64,000 bases of DNA from an uncultured Verrucomicrobiae bacterium. Lineage in GTDB: Bacteria > Verrucomicrobiota > Verrucomicrobiia > Limisphaerales > Palsa-1400. The stretch covers positions 5,664,001-5,728,000 of the forward strand of contig OY969763.1 in NCBI GenBank assembly GCA_963702845.1, read 5' to 3'. The position numbers were made by a program, and so were the translations under genes. The notes under the pieces are model-generated. The model saw only the letters and a program-made list of their open reading frames with translations. It had not been told where the DNA came from and searched no databases. Shown in pieces: positions 43,387 through 53,454 of the stretch (position 1 is its first letter; every line of letters starts with the position of its first letter).

Positions 43387-44865
43387 ATGATTAGAATTGC
43401 TGGTGGAACGTGTAGCGATCTTTGTGATCCGCGAATGAAAATGACGCGGCGCGACCTCTTGCGCATTGGAGGCACCGGCATTCTGGGTCTCTCGCTCGGG
43501 TCGCTCTTGAAGCTCCAAGCGCTCGGCGCGCAAGGAACCGCAGCCGGCGGTCCCGGTTGGGGCGCGGCCAAGAATGTCGTGATGATTTATCTCCAAGGTG
43601 GCCCGAGCCATCTTGATTTGTGGGACCCAAAAGAGAACGTGCCCGATAACATTCGCAGCGCATTCAAACCGATTCCCACAAAAATTCCGGGCGTCAATTT
43701 CACCGAAATTCTGCCGGAACTCGCGAAGGTGAACGACAAGTTCACGATGATTCGTTCGATGAGCTACACGCCGAATGGATTGTTCAATCACACGGCGGCG
43801 ATTTATCAAATCATGACCGGTTACACGACCGACAAGGTCAGTCCGTCCGGCCAACTCGAGCCGCCGGATCCAAAAGATTTCCCGAACTTCGGTTCGCAAA
43901 TCGTCGCGCTTGCGTCCACTGACTGACCCGATGCTGCCGTTTGTCATGCTGCCGCGTCCGCTGCAGGAATCGGGCGTTGTCGGCAAAGGCGGCGGCGCAG
44001 GTTTCCTCGGCAAAGCCTTCGACCCATACACGCTCTATCCCGAAGGCGACGACATGGACATGAAGAAGATGGACAAGATTCGTGTCGACGATTTGAAGCT
44101 GCCGCCTGAAGTGTTTGCGCTTCGTCTGAAACGCCGCGCGCAGTTACGCGAGGCCATCGAGGCAAGCGATGCCCGACATCGACAAGGCCGTCGAAAACTA
44201 CAATCTCGACGATTACTACAAACGCGCCTTGGAACTGATCGTTTCCGGCCGCGCCCGCAATGCGTTCGACCTGACGCAGGAAACCGACAAGATGCGCGAC
44301 AGTTATGGACGCAACACCTTTGGCCAAAGCTGTCTGCTGGCGCGCCGCCTGATCGAAGCGGGCACGCGCGTTGTCGAAGTCATTTGGCCGAAAGTCGCCA
44401 ACTCCGACAATCATTCCTGGGATCATCACGTCGATTTCACCAAGCGCATGCGCGACTCAGTCCGGCGCCGATGCTTGATAAAGGTCTGGCCGCGTTTTTT
44501 GCCGACATGGATTCGACGCGGGCTTGCTCAAGGAAACGTTGGTCGTGGCCATCGGCGAATTTGGCCGCAGTCCGCAAAAAGGCATCAGCACTTCCGGAAA
44601 TCGCAAACTCGCGCCGATGGTCGCGATCACTGGCCCTATTGCTACACCTCGATCATTGCCGGTGCGGGAATCAAACGCGGTTATGTCCACGGCAAATCCG
44701 ACAAAACCGGCAGCAGCCCGACCGAAGACCCGGTGCATCCGACGGAGATTGCTCGCGACGATGTATCACGCCTTCGGCATCGAACCGGATACGATCGTCT
44801 ACAACCATCTCAAGCAACCGCGCGAATTGGTGAAGGCGAAAGCGGTCACGAAACTCTTCGCCTGA
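43387..44865 (+). CDS. DUF1501 family protein (Tat signal), broken by about 6 frameshifts
   Basis: [55 protein letters not shown] and RDHWP across fragments. Confidence 0.85.
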
Positions 44866-44868
44866 TAA

Positions 44869-44961
44869 ATGGCGCAGGTGCGTTTCGGGAACTCCAAACA
44901 ACACATCCGCGAGCACGGCGACGACATGCCGGAGATCCGCGATTGGAAGTGGAGCGCGTAG
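44869..44961 (+). pseudogene. Remnant of a phosphoketolase (Xfp-type) C-terminus
   Basis: Translates ...KQHIREHGDDMPEIRDWKWSA*, the typical phosphoketolase terminal motif; the rest of the gene is absent. Confidence 0.65.
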
Positions 44962-45030
44962 GGAAAGGGCGAAGCAGTCTAACGCTGCCGATGAGCGACG
45001 CGCATCGGCGCGTCCGCTCCATCAGGCTTA

Positions 45031-45456
45031 TTAGTCCTCCTGTCGAAACTTGTAGGGTGCGTTGGCATCGTGTGTCCTTCTCTGCGCGGGAGTCATACGC
45101 TCACGGATGACCCTCGTGGTATAGCCACCGACCAAATAGCCGTCTTCCACATACATCCAATCTGAAATATATGACGGCTCAAACTCAACCCTCTGCATGA
45201 ACTTCAACCTTGGCAAATTAGGCTCGTTGGAAATAACCCCGCTGGGTTTCTTGCCTGCAAAATCCAAATCGGCCAGCCAAATGTGCTCTCGTTGCTCCCC
45301 TTCATCAAACACTACCTTCACAAGGAAGCTCTTCTGTCCCTCGGTTGGATGGCAAAACGCCTCGATGAACTTCCTGAAACTTTTCTTTGCCTCGCGGATG
45401 GCAGCTTCCATCCGCTCATCCTCCGGCGAAAAGGGGACTGTTTTGTTGTCTGACAT
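45031..45456 (-). CDS. DUF2314 (YegJ-like) protein
   Basis: EDERMEAAIREAK, F.VKV.F, EHIWL, N.P, ISDWMY..DG.LVGGYT. Confidence 0.85.
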   Translation of the reverse strand: MSDNKTVPFSPEDERMEAAIREAKKSFRKFIEAFCHPTEGQKSFLVKVVFDEGEQREHIWLADLDFAGKKPSGVISNEPNLPRLKFMQRVEFEPSYISDWMYVEDGYLVGGYTTRVIRERMTPAQRRTHDANAPYKFRQED

Positions 45457-45708
45457 ACGCCTGTGGCTAACTATGATTATGCGACGGGGTGTCGCGGTCA
45501 TTTTGAGAGACGAACGGTTGGTTCATATTGGTTGAGCAGACTATTGTTCTGCTGCCGCTGCGAATCAAGCGCAACAAACACTTGACCTCACCTTGGGCCT
45601 TTGGCACAAACGCCGCCGGAAAATGTGGCGGGTTCAAAAAAGCACGGGTGGGCATTCCGGAATCGGTATCCGGAGCTTGGGCGCGACGTCTACTTCCTTC
45701 GTTCGTTT

Positions 45709-45792
45709 GTACAATCCCTCCGTTCAATTGCACAGCGGCTCCGTACTGTTGTACGGCGGCTCTGTACGGTTGTTCGGCGGCTCTGTACAAAT
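45709..45792. repeat. 21-bp tandem repeat, 3 good copies plus 1 degenerate copy
   Basis: gcacagcggctccgtactgtt / gtacggcggctctgtacggtt / gttcggcggctctgtacaaat. Confidence 0.75.
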
Positions 45793-46006
45793 CCTCCCAA
45801 CCTCCAAAAACTAGTCCTAAACAATGGTATAAACACTTAGAAACAAGAAACATATGCAAAGAGATGGATTCATTCCCCGTGGCGACGATGCCTTCCTGGC
45901 CTGGCACGCGCGGATGTTCTGACCGGATGCCCGCGCGTATCCCCAAACAGTTATGCCCAAAGACATCGACCAGGGGTTGGCGCTCCCCATTCACAAAGCT
46001 ATCTTT

Positions 46007-48301
46007 TCACAACTGCGGATGGATTGCCCATTGCTTGTTCGGTTCCGCGCCCATCGTGAAGATAATTGATCCGCCGTTTTTCAGTTCGTTGAAGGGCAGG
46101 AATGGTGAATCCCAGTTTTTGCCATTTAGACGGACGGATTGAATGTAGATGTTCTTGTCGGAAATGTTTTCGGCGGTCATCACCCAATCTTTTCCGTTGG
46201 AAAGATGCATCGTGGCTTTGGGCAGTTGCGGTGCGCCGATGACGTAGTAATCGCTTGCGGGACAGACGGGATAAAAGCCCATGCAAGTGAAGAGATACCA
46301 GGCGGACATCTGGCCGCAGTCGTCGTTGCCGCACAATGAATTTGGGGTGTTTCCGTATTGCGTGGTGAACACCTGATGCAACAGCTTCGCGGCTTTCCAT
46401 GGCTGGCCGAGATACGAGTACAAATAAATGATGTGATGGCTCGGTTCGTTGCCGTGCCAGTAATCACCGATGCAACCGCGTTGATCGTTCGGTGGCAAAA
46501 CTTTTGTGGCGCGATTGGTGGCGAACAGGTTGTCGAGCTTTTCGATGACCACATTTGTGCCGCCCATGAGTTTGACGAGACCGGGCACGTCGTGCGGCGC
46601 GTACCATGAATATTGAGAGCTGGTGCCTTCGGTTACGTCGGCGGGATAACGTCTGACGCCGCCAAAAGCGTACGGGTCGAAGTCTGCGGCCCATTTGCCA
46701 GCGGCGTCTTTGGAGTGCATCCAGCCCGTCGTCGCATTGAAGATGTTAGTGAACGAGCCGGCGCGTTTCATGTAGTAGGCGTAATCGCTTTCTTTGCCGA
46801 GAGCTTTGGCCATTTGCGCGATGCACCAGTCGTCGTAGGCGTATTCGAGTGTTTTGGAGACGGATTCGTTTTCCTGATCGGACGGAACCCACCCGAGCTG
46901 GCGGTAGGCGGCCAGGCCGTCGTAGTCGGGGTTCATGGCGGTGTTGGTGATCGCTTCGTAGGCGTGTTGCGGATCGAAGCCGGTGACGCCTTTGAGGTAA
47001 CCGTCGACGATAACGGGAACGGCGTGATAGCCGATCATGCACCAGGTTTCGTTGCCTTGCAGTTCCCACATCGGCAGGAGGTGATCGGCGCTTTGGTCGT
47101 AATGCGCCAGCAAGGAATTGATCATGTCGGAGTCGCGTTTGGATTGAATGAGCGCGAGCAACGGGTGCTCAGCGCGGAACGTGTCCCAGAGGGAGAAGAT
47201 GGTGTATTTCGTGAATTTATCCGCGCGATGGAAATTCTGGTCGAAACCGCGGTATTCGCCGTTAACGTCCTGATGCAGATTGGGGACGAGGAACGAATGA
47301 TAGAGCGAGGTGTAGAAGGTTTCCTTTTGCTGCTGGTTGCCATCGATTTCAATGCGCGCAAGTTCCTTGTCCCAGCGCGCGCGAGCGGTTTCATGGACTT
47401 TGTCGAAATCCCAATCTGGAATTTCGGAGTCGAGATTGTGCAGCGCATTGGCAGTGCTGACTGTCGAAACGGCGACTTTGACCTGGATGACTTCACCTTC
47501 GTGCGTGGCAAACTGACCGAGGAATTGCGCGCCAATGCCGCTTGAGGAAGCTTCTTTGCGGCTGTGGAAACGATAATACTGGTAGCTGTTGTAGAGGATC
47601 GCTTTGCCATTCACTAAAATATAGGCGTCATCGAATGGGCGTGAGAAACGGGCGGCGAAATATAAATAGCGTTCGGGCGCCCAGTTGTTGACGAGGTGAA
47701 AGCCGGTGACGGTTTGTTTGTCTTCGAGGCGCACGCGCGATTCGATGACGCGACCGCGACCGCCGTCGATGAAGTGATTGAGGTCGATGAGAATGCTGGC
47801 GGCGTTTGTGGCCGGAAAGGTGAAGCGCATCATTCCAGCGCGTTCGCCGGCGGTGAGTTCGGCGATGATTCCGGGGCGCAACAATTTAACTTTGTAGTAA
47901 CCGGCGGAGGCGACTTCGTCGGCGTGCGAGAAGGCCGATTGATAGCCGGCTTCGGGATGGTCTTTGGTGCCGGGAGTTCCGTAGGGTCCGCCTACCTGTG
48001 GTGCGAATAGAAAATCGCCCAGATCAGGACAACCGGTTCCGCTGAGGTGCGTGAGTGAAAAGCCGTGGATGGTCGGGTCGGTGTATTCGTAGCCGGAAGC
48101 GGTCGACCAGTTGGTGGTGTCGGTGTCGGGACTGATCTGGACCATGCCGAAGGGAGCGGACGGGCCGGGATAGGTGTTGCCTTCGCCTTCGGTTCCGACG
48201 AATGGGCGGATGTAGTCGGAGAGACGGGTGTCGGCGGTCGCGGCGGTGGCCAAGGCGAACAATGCGAGAGCGGTGGCGAACGCGATGGATTTCAATTTCA
48301 T
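46007..48301 (-). CDS. GH92 alpha-1,2-mannosidase family glycoside hydrolase
   Basis: Signal peptide MKLKSIAF..., GNTYPGP.APFGMVQISPDT, FSLWDTFRA.HPL, SKTLEYAYDD, HGNEPSHH, GNDDCGQMSAWY. Confidence 0.95.
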   Translation of the reverse strand: MKLKSIAFATALALFALATAATADTRLSDYIRPFVGTEGEGNTYPGPSAPFGMVQISPDTDTTNWSTASGYEYTDPTIHGFSLTHLSGTGCPDLGDFLFAPQVGGPYGTPGTKDHPEAGYQSAFSHADEVASAGYYKVKLLRPGIIAELTAGERAGMMRFTFPATNAASILIDLNHFIDGGRGRVIESRVRLEDKQTVTGFHLVNNWAPERYLYFAARFSRPFDDAYILVNGKAILYNSYQYYRFHSRKEASSSGIGAQFLGQFATHEGEVIQVKVAVSTVSTANALHNLDSEIPDWDFDKVHETARARWDKELARIEIDGNQQQKETFYTSLYHSFLVPNLHQDVNGEYRGFDQNFHRADKFTKYTIFSLWDTFRAEHPLLALIQSKRDSDMINSLLAHYDQSADHLLPMWELQGNETWCMIGYHAVPVIVDGYLKGVTGFDPQHAYEAITNTAMNPDYDGLAAYRQLGWVPSDQENESVSKTLEYAYDDWCIAQMAKALGKESDYAYYMKRAGSFTNIFNATTGWMHSKDAAGKWAADFDPYAFGGVRRYPADVTEGTSSQYSWYAPHDVPGLVKLMGGTNVVIEKLDNLFATNRATKVLPPNDQRGCIGDYWHGNEPSHHIIYLYSYLGQPWKAAKLLHQVFTTQYGNTPNSLCGNDDCGQMSAWYLFTCMGFYPVCPASDYYVIGAPQLPKATMHLSNGKDWVMTAENISDKNIYIQSVRLNGKNWDSPFLPFNELKNGGSIIFTMGAEPNKQWAIHPQL

Positions 48302-48324
48302 CGAGCGCCCAGCATAGCTACGGA

Positions 48325-48384
48325 AACTCCAAGCGCCAAACATCAAACTCCAAGGAAACTTCAAGCTCCAGGCTCCAAGCACCA
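48325..48384. repeat. 7-bp-period array (ARCTCCA-like)
   Basis: aactcca agcgcca aacatca aactcca ... agctcca ggctcca agcacca. Confidence 0.75.
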
Positions 48385-48493
48385 AATCGGAACAGTTGAA
48401 AAAACGTGCAAAAACAGGGGGTAAAATGACGTGTCGAAACTCACGAAACGCAAGCGGGCGTGGGGAATTCCGATTTTGAGTGTGTTTGATAGA

Positions 48494-48540
48494 TATTTTT
48501 TTGTAGGCGTTAGTAGGTGACAGTAGGTGATAGTAGGCGG
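48494..48540. repeat. 10-bp-period array (TAGTAGGTGA-like x4) next to a T-tract
   Basis: GTAGG at 48503, 48513, 48523 and 48533, preceded by a T7 tract. Confidence 0.8.
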
Positions 48541-48774
48541 CAGCCGGTGGCAGAGGGGCTCGGGTGATCACGCTTGAAAGAGATGAGTCTAACAAACGGC
48601 GCAACGAGCGCGAAGAGCGGGATGAATGCGCTGTCGCCGCGCCAAGGCACACCGCTGGTGTGATTTGGCTCCCTTGCTCCCGGTTGGCGATGTTGTTTGT
48701 CGTTTTCATCGCCTGGTATTGTAGTATGAAGTAGCTATTTGTCAATTAATGTAGTTACAAGGGGGGGCTAGTCA

Positions 48775-48806
48775 ACGCAAAGACGCAAAGGGGCAAAGGC
48801 GCTAAG
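48775..48806. repeat. 8-bp-period array (ACGCAAAG-like x4)
   Basis: acgcaaag acgcaaag gggcaaag gcgctaag. Confidence 0.7.
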
Positions 48807-48954
48807 AAAGGGAGATGTTTAACGAGCGAAATTGCACGAAGGAATCTACCGGGCGACTGGGAGGCAGCCGACGTATCTGCTGGAATCGGTTCTGGTGACA
48901 ACGTATTATTGATGAAACCAATCCTGTTTTGAATTGGTCTGATTCTTTGTCCGG

Positions 48955-51900
48955 ATGATCCGCGCTATGACCAAACGTTATGCAGTCGCTCTCGCCTTGG
49001 TGGTGTTATCGCCTTCAGCGGTCTGGGCGGCGGCGAGTGACAAAGATGCGGTGGATTTTGGGAAGCAGGTGCTGCCGGTTATTTCTTCGAAGTGCTTTCA
49101 TTGCCATGGTCAGGACGAGCATTCGCGTAAAGCGAAGTTGCGATTGGATGTGCGGGAGGAGGCGATTAAGGAGCGCAAAGATGGGGTGTTCGCCGTCAAA
49201 CCGGGAGATGTCTCCAAAAGTGAATTGGTGAAGAGGATTACGAGCTCGGACCCGGATGAGGTGATGCCGCCACCTAAAGAAGCGCATGCAGTCAGTGCAG
49301 CCGAAACGGCGCTGCTGAAGAAATGGATTCAACAAGGTGCGCCGTATCAAAAGCATTGGGCGTTCGTTGCGCCGGTGCGGCCGACTCTGCCCGCGGTGAA
49401 AAATAAGAAGTGGGCGCGCAATGATATTGATCGATTTGTTTTGGCACGGCTCGAGAAGGACGGATTGAAGCCGTCGCAGGCGGCGGAGAAGTCGATTTTG
49501 TTGCGGCGTGCTTCATTGGATTTAACGGGGTTGCCACCGTCGGCGGCTGAGTTGGAGGCGTTCTTGAAGGACAGGGCGCCGAATGCTTATGAACGCGTGG
49601 TAGATCGGTTGCTGGCTTCGCCGCGCTATGGCGAGCGGTGGGCGCGGATGTGGTTGGATATTGCGCGGTATGCGGATTCGGCGGGCTACGGTTCGGATCC
49701 GTTGCGATTGAATATCTGGCCGTATCGCGATTGGGTGATTAAGGCGTTCAATCGGAACATGCCGTTTGACGAGTTCACGATGGAACAGCTTGCCGGGGAT
49801 TTGATGGAGAATCCGACGGAGGAAGAGCGGACGGCGACGGCATTTCATCGCAACACGATGACGAACACGGAAGGCGGCACGGAGGATGAGGAGTGGCGCG
49901 TCGCGGCAGTGAAGGACCGAACGGATGTGACTGTGCAGGCGTGGATGGGGCTGACGATGGGTTGCGCGCAATGTCACTCGCACAAGTTCGATCCGATTTC
50001 GCAGAAAGAATATTACCAGTTCTTCGCAATCTTCAATCAGACCGAGGACAGCGATAAACCGGACGAGCGTCCGACGATGCCGCTCTATAAACCGGAGGAG
50101 CGAAAAAAAATTCAGGAATTGGACGCACAGATCGCGGCGAAGGAGCGAACGCTGGAGGCTTCGACTCCTGCAGTTCTCGCGGATTTGGCGAAGTGGGAGA
50201 AGGAGCGGCCGGATTCAAATGCATGGACGGTTTTGGAGCCGGTGAAATTTGAGTCTGACACTCACGGCGGGTTCAAAAAACTTTCTGATAATTCTTTGCT
50301 CGCGACGAATACGCCACCGGTCAAAGACAATTATACGGTGACGTATCACGCGGCGGTTTCGAATGTGTCGGCGTTGCGCCTGGAGGTTTTGGCGGATGAC
50401 AGTCTTCCAGCACGCGGGCCGGGGCGGAATGCGACCGGGAACTTTTTGTTGAATCACATTGAGGTCACGGTGAACGGCAAGGCGGCCAAAATTGCACGAG
50501 CGACGGCGACATTTACGGAAACGAACTACAGCGTGGCTGCTACCATTGAAGAGATGTCCAAGCCGAGGAAAGGCTGGTCGGTGGATGGCACGACGAATAA
50601 ACATCAAAGTGCGGTTTTCGAATTTGCAGAGCGATTGCCGGTAGGCGAAGTGAAGGTCAAATTGGTGCAGCAATACGGGAAGAAACAAACAATCGGACGC
50701 TTCAGAATTTCGGGAACGACGGTGGCGACGCCGGTGATTGTTGTGCCGGAAAAGCTCGAAGCGGTTTTGGCTATCAGCGCTGATAAACGCAGCGCCGATC
50801 AGAAGGAGGAGTTGGCAAAGTGGTTTCGGCCGTTCGTGAAATCCATCAAAGAACAGGTCAATGCGATCGCGGCGCTCAAAACGCAACGCGATGCGATCAA
50901 GCCGGTGGAGTTGCCGGTGATGCGCGAATTGCCGGCGAAGGAGCGGCGGGTCAGTCATATTTTGTTCAAAGGCAGTTATCTCGCTCCAGGTGACGAAGTA
51001 TCGCCCGGAGTGCTGGGGTCATTCAATCCGTGGCCGGCTGGAGCGCCGACGAATCGGCTCGGCGTGGCGAAATGGTTGATGAGCCCGGAGAATCCGCTGA
51101 CGGCGCGGGTGGTCGCGAATCGATTTTGGGCACAGATTTTTGGGCGCGGGATTGTTGAAACGGAAGAGGATTTCGGGACGCAAGGGACGAAGCCGACGCA
51201 CCCGGAATTGTTGGATTGGCTGGCGATCGATTTGCGTGACAACGGTTGGAACATCAAACAATTTCTAAAAACGCTCGTGATGAGCGCGACCTATCAACAG
51301 AGTTCGCGCGTGACGCCCGAACTGCTCGCGAAGGACCCGCGCAATTATTTGCTCGCGCGCGCGCCACGTCGACGATTGGACGCGGAATTCGTGCGCGACC
51401 AGGCTCTGGCGTTGAGTGGATTGTTGAGTCCGAAAATTGGTGGTCCGAGTGTTTATCCGCCGCAGCCGGATAATCTTTGGCGCGCGGCGTTCAATGGACA
51501 ACGCTCGTATCCGACCAGCACGGGCGAGGATCGATATCGTCGCGGCGTTTACACAATTTGGCGACGCACGGCGCCGCATCCGAGTATGGCGACGTTTGAT
51601 GCGCCGAGCCGTGAGACGTGCACGTTCCGCCGGTTGCCGACGAATACGCCGCTGCAGGCGTATGTCACTTTGAATGATCCGATTTATGTGGAGGCGGCGC
51701 AGTCGCTGGGGCGGCGATTGGCGAAGGTTGCGGCGGCGACGTTGCCAAAACGAATTGAGTATGGACTCAAGCTCGTGCTTTGCCGCCAACCCAGCAAGAG
51801 AGAAGTAGCATCATTGTGCGAGTTGTATGAATCGGAGGTCGCTCACTACAGCAAGAGCAAGGATGAAGCGGTGAAGCTTTCGACCAATCCGCTCGGACCG

Positions 51901-51993
51901 TTGCCGGAAGGTCTGACCCCAGCCGAAGCTGCGGCGTGGACAACCGTCGCCAATATCCTTTTGAATCTCGACGGCCTTTTGATGAAGGGATGA
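48955..51993 (+). CDS. Planctomycete cytochrome c and DUF1549/DUF1553 (PSD1) protein
   Basis: Signal peptide; CFHCHG, HWAFVAP, WLDIARYADS, CAQCHSHKFDP, NPLTARV..NRFW, HPELLDWLA, TNTPLQA. Confidence 0.92.
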   Translation: MIRAMTKRYAVALALVVLSPSAVWAAASDKDAVDFGKQVLPVISSKCFHCHGQDEHSRKAKLRLDVREEAIKERKDGVFAVKPGDVSKSELVKRITSSDPDEVMPPPKEAHAVSAAETALLKKWIQQGAPYQKHWAFVAPVRPTLPAVKNKKWARNDIDRFVLARLEKDGLKPSQAAEKSILLRRASLDLTGLPPSAAELEAFLKDRAPNAYERVVDRLLASPRYGERWARMWLDIARYADSAGYGSDPLRLNIWPYRDWVIKAFNRNMPFDEFTMEQLAGDLMENPTEEERTATAFHRNTMTNTEGGTEDEEWRVAAVKDRTDVTVQAWMGLTMGCAQCHSHKFDPISQKEYYQFFAIFNQTEDSDKPDERPTMPLYKPEERKKIQELDAQIAAKERTLEASTPAVLADLAKWEKERPDSNAWTVLEPVKFESDTHGGFKKLSDNSLLATNTPPVKDNYTVTYHAAVSNVSALRLEVLADDSLPARGPGRNATGNFLLNHIEVTVNGKAAKIARATATFTETNYSVAATIEEMSKPRKGWSVDGTTNKHQSAVFEFAERLPVGEVKVKLVQQYGKKQTIGRFRISGTTVATPVIVVPEKLEAVLAISADKRSADQKEELAKWFRPFVKSIKEQVNAIAALKTQRDAIKPVELPVMRELPAKERRVSHILFKGSYLAPGDEVSPGVLGSFNPWPAGAPTNRLGVAKWLMSPENPLTARVVANRFWAQIFGRGIVETEEDFGTQGTKPTHPELLDWLAIDLRDNGWNIKQFLKTLVMSATYQQSSRVTPELLAKDPRNYLLARAPRRRLDAEFVRDQALALSGLLSPKIGGPSVYPPQPDNLWRAAFNGQRSYPTSTGEDRYRRGVYTIWRRTAPHPSMATFDAPSRETCTFRRLPTNTPLQAYVTLNDPIYVEAAQSLGRRLAKVAAATLPKRIEYGLKLVLCRQPSKREVASLCELYESEVAHYSKSKDEAVKLSTNPLGPLPEGLTPAEAAAWTTVANILLNLDGLLMKG

Positions 51994-51999
51994 CCTGAT

Positions 52000-53448
52000 A
52001 TGACGAACTCCGATTTTGCCCACGGACGCGCGTTGACCCGCCGACAGTTTTTGCAGCGGGCCGGTTTCAGCCTCGGCAGCGTTGCGCTGGGTGGTTTGTT
52101 GGCGCGCGATGCGTTTGGCGCTGCGACGAGGCCTCTGGCGATAAAGCAGTCGATGATTCCGACGCGTGCAAAAAATATTATTTACCTGCACATGTCCGGC
52201 GCGCCGCCGTCGCTCGACATGTTTGATTACAAACCGAAGTTGAACGAGTTGAACATGCAGCCGTGCCCGGAATCACTAATTGCCGGGCAGAAGTTTGCGT
52301 TCATCAAAGGCGTGCCAAAGCTGTTGGGTAGTCCGCACAAATTCAAGCAGCACGGCAAAAGCGGCGCGTGGTTCAGCAACTTGATTCCGAATATCGCCGG
52401 GCTCGCTGACGACATTTGCATCGTGAAATCGATGTGGACGGATCAGTTCAATCATTCGCCGGCGGAGTTGTTTTTGTTTACTGGCGCACAGCGCGCAGGT
52501 AACGCGTCGATGGGTTCGTGGGTGACGTATGGGCTCGGCAGCGAGAACCAGGATTTGCCGGGGTTTGTTGTTTTGTTGAGCGGCGGCACCGACCCGACGG
52601 GCGGAAAAAGTCTTTGGGGCAGCGGATTTTTGCCGAGTGTTTATCAAGGCGTGCAATGTCGCACATCAGGTGCGCCGATTTTGTATTCGGAAAACCCGGC
52701 GGGGATGGATCGGGAGAGTCGGCGGCGCAGTCTGGATAAGTTGCGCGAACTGAATGAAGTCGAGGCGAAGCTTTATGGCGATCCCGAAACGCTCACGCGC
52801 ATCGAGCAATATGAGTTGGCGTATCGGATGCAAATTACGGTGCCGAATGTTTTCGATATTTCGAAAGAGCCCGAATCGATTCGCACGATGTACGGCGCGA
52901 AACCGGGCGAGGGTTCGTTTGCGAATAACTGTCTACTTGCGCGGCGGCTTGTGGAAAAGGGCGTGCGGTTTGTGCAATTGTTCGATTGGGGCTGGGACAT
53001 GCACGGCACCGCAGCTTCGAACGATTTGATTACCGGGCTGCCGATGAAATGCAAGGAAGTGGACCAGGCGAGCGCGGCGTTGATTGCTGATTTGAAACAG
53101 CGCGGGATGTTGGAGGACACGTTGGTGGTGTGGGGCGGTGAATTTGGACGCACGCCGATGAATGAAGCGCGCAATGGCTCGACGTTCCTGGGACGCGATC
53201 ATCATCCGAATTGTTTCACACTGTGGATGGCTGGCGGCGGTGTTAAGCCCGGTGTGGTACACGGCGCAACGGATGAATTTGGCTACAATATCGTGCAGGA
53301 CAAAGTGACGGTGCGCGATTTTCAGGCGACGGTTCTGCACTTGATGGGATTGGACCCGTATCGATTCAGCTATCAGTATCTCGGCCTCAATCAGCGGCTC
53401 ATCGGACCGACGGAAGAAGGGAAGATTGTGCAGCGGATCGTTGCGTAG
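52000..53448 (+). CDS. DUF1501 family protein (Tat signal)
   Basis: [55 protein letters not shown]. Confidence 0.92.
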   Translation: MTNSDFAHGRALTRRQFLQRAGFSLGSVALGGLLARDAFGAATRPLAIKQSMIPTRAKNIIYLHMSGAPPSLDMFDYKPKLNELNMQPCPESLIAGQKFAFIKGVPKLLGSPHKFKQHGKSGAWFSNLIPNIAGLADDICIVKSMWTDQFNHSPAELFLFTGAQRAGNASMGSWVTYGLGSENQDLPGFVVLLSGGTDPTGGKSLWGSGFLPSVYQGVQCRTSGAPILYSENPAGMDRESRRRSLDKLRELNEVEAKLYGDPETLTRIEQYELAYRMQITVPNVFDISKEPESIRTMYGAKPGEGSFANNCLLARRLVEKGVRFVQLFDWGWDMHGTAASNDLITGLPMKCKEVDQASAALIADLKQRGMLEDTLVVWGGEFGRTPMNEARNGSTFLGRDHHPNCFTLWMAGGGVKPGVVHGATDEFGYNIVQDKVTVRDFQATVLHLMGLDPYRFSYQYLGLNQRLIGPTEEGKIVQRIVA

Positions 53449-53454
53449 GTAAGA

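Noticed and set aside
38800..44760. Programmed frameshifting or phase variation
   Set aside because: Too many sites, and they are not at slippery heptamers or long homopolymers; sequencing error is more parsimonious.
45467..46142. ORFs 45528-46142 (+) and 45467-45994 (-)
   Set aside because: Both are products of the 21-bp repeat and have no recognisable motifs; the + ORF also overlaps GH92 antisense.
48302..48745. 148-aa N-terminal extension of GH92
   Set aside because: It translates the 7- and 10-bp arrays; a canonical signal peptide begins at 48301.
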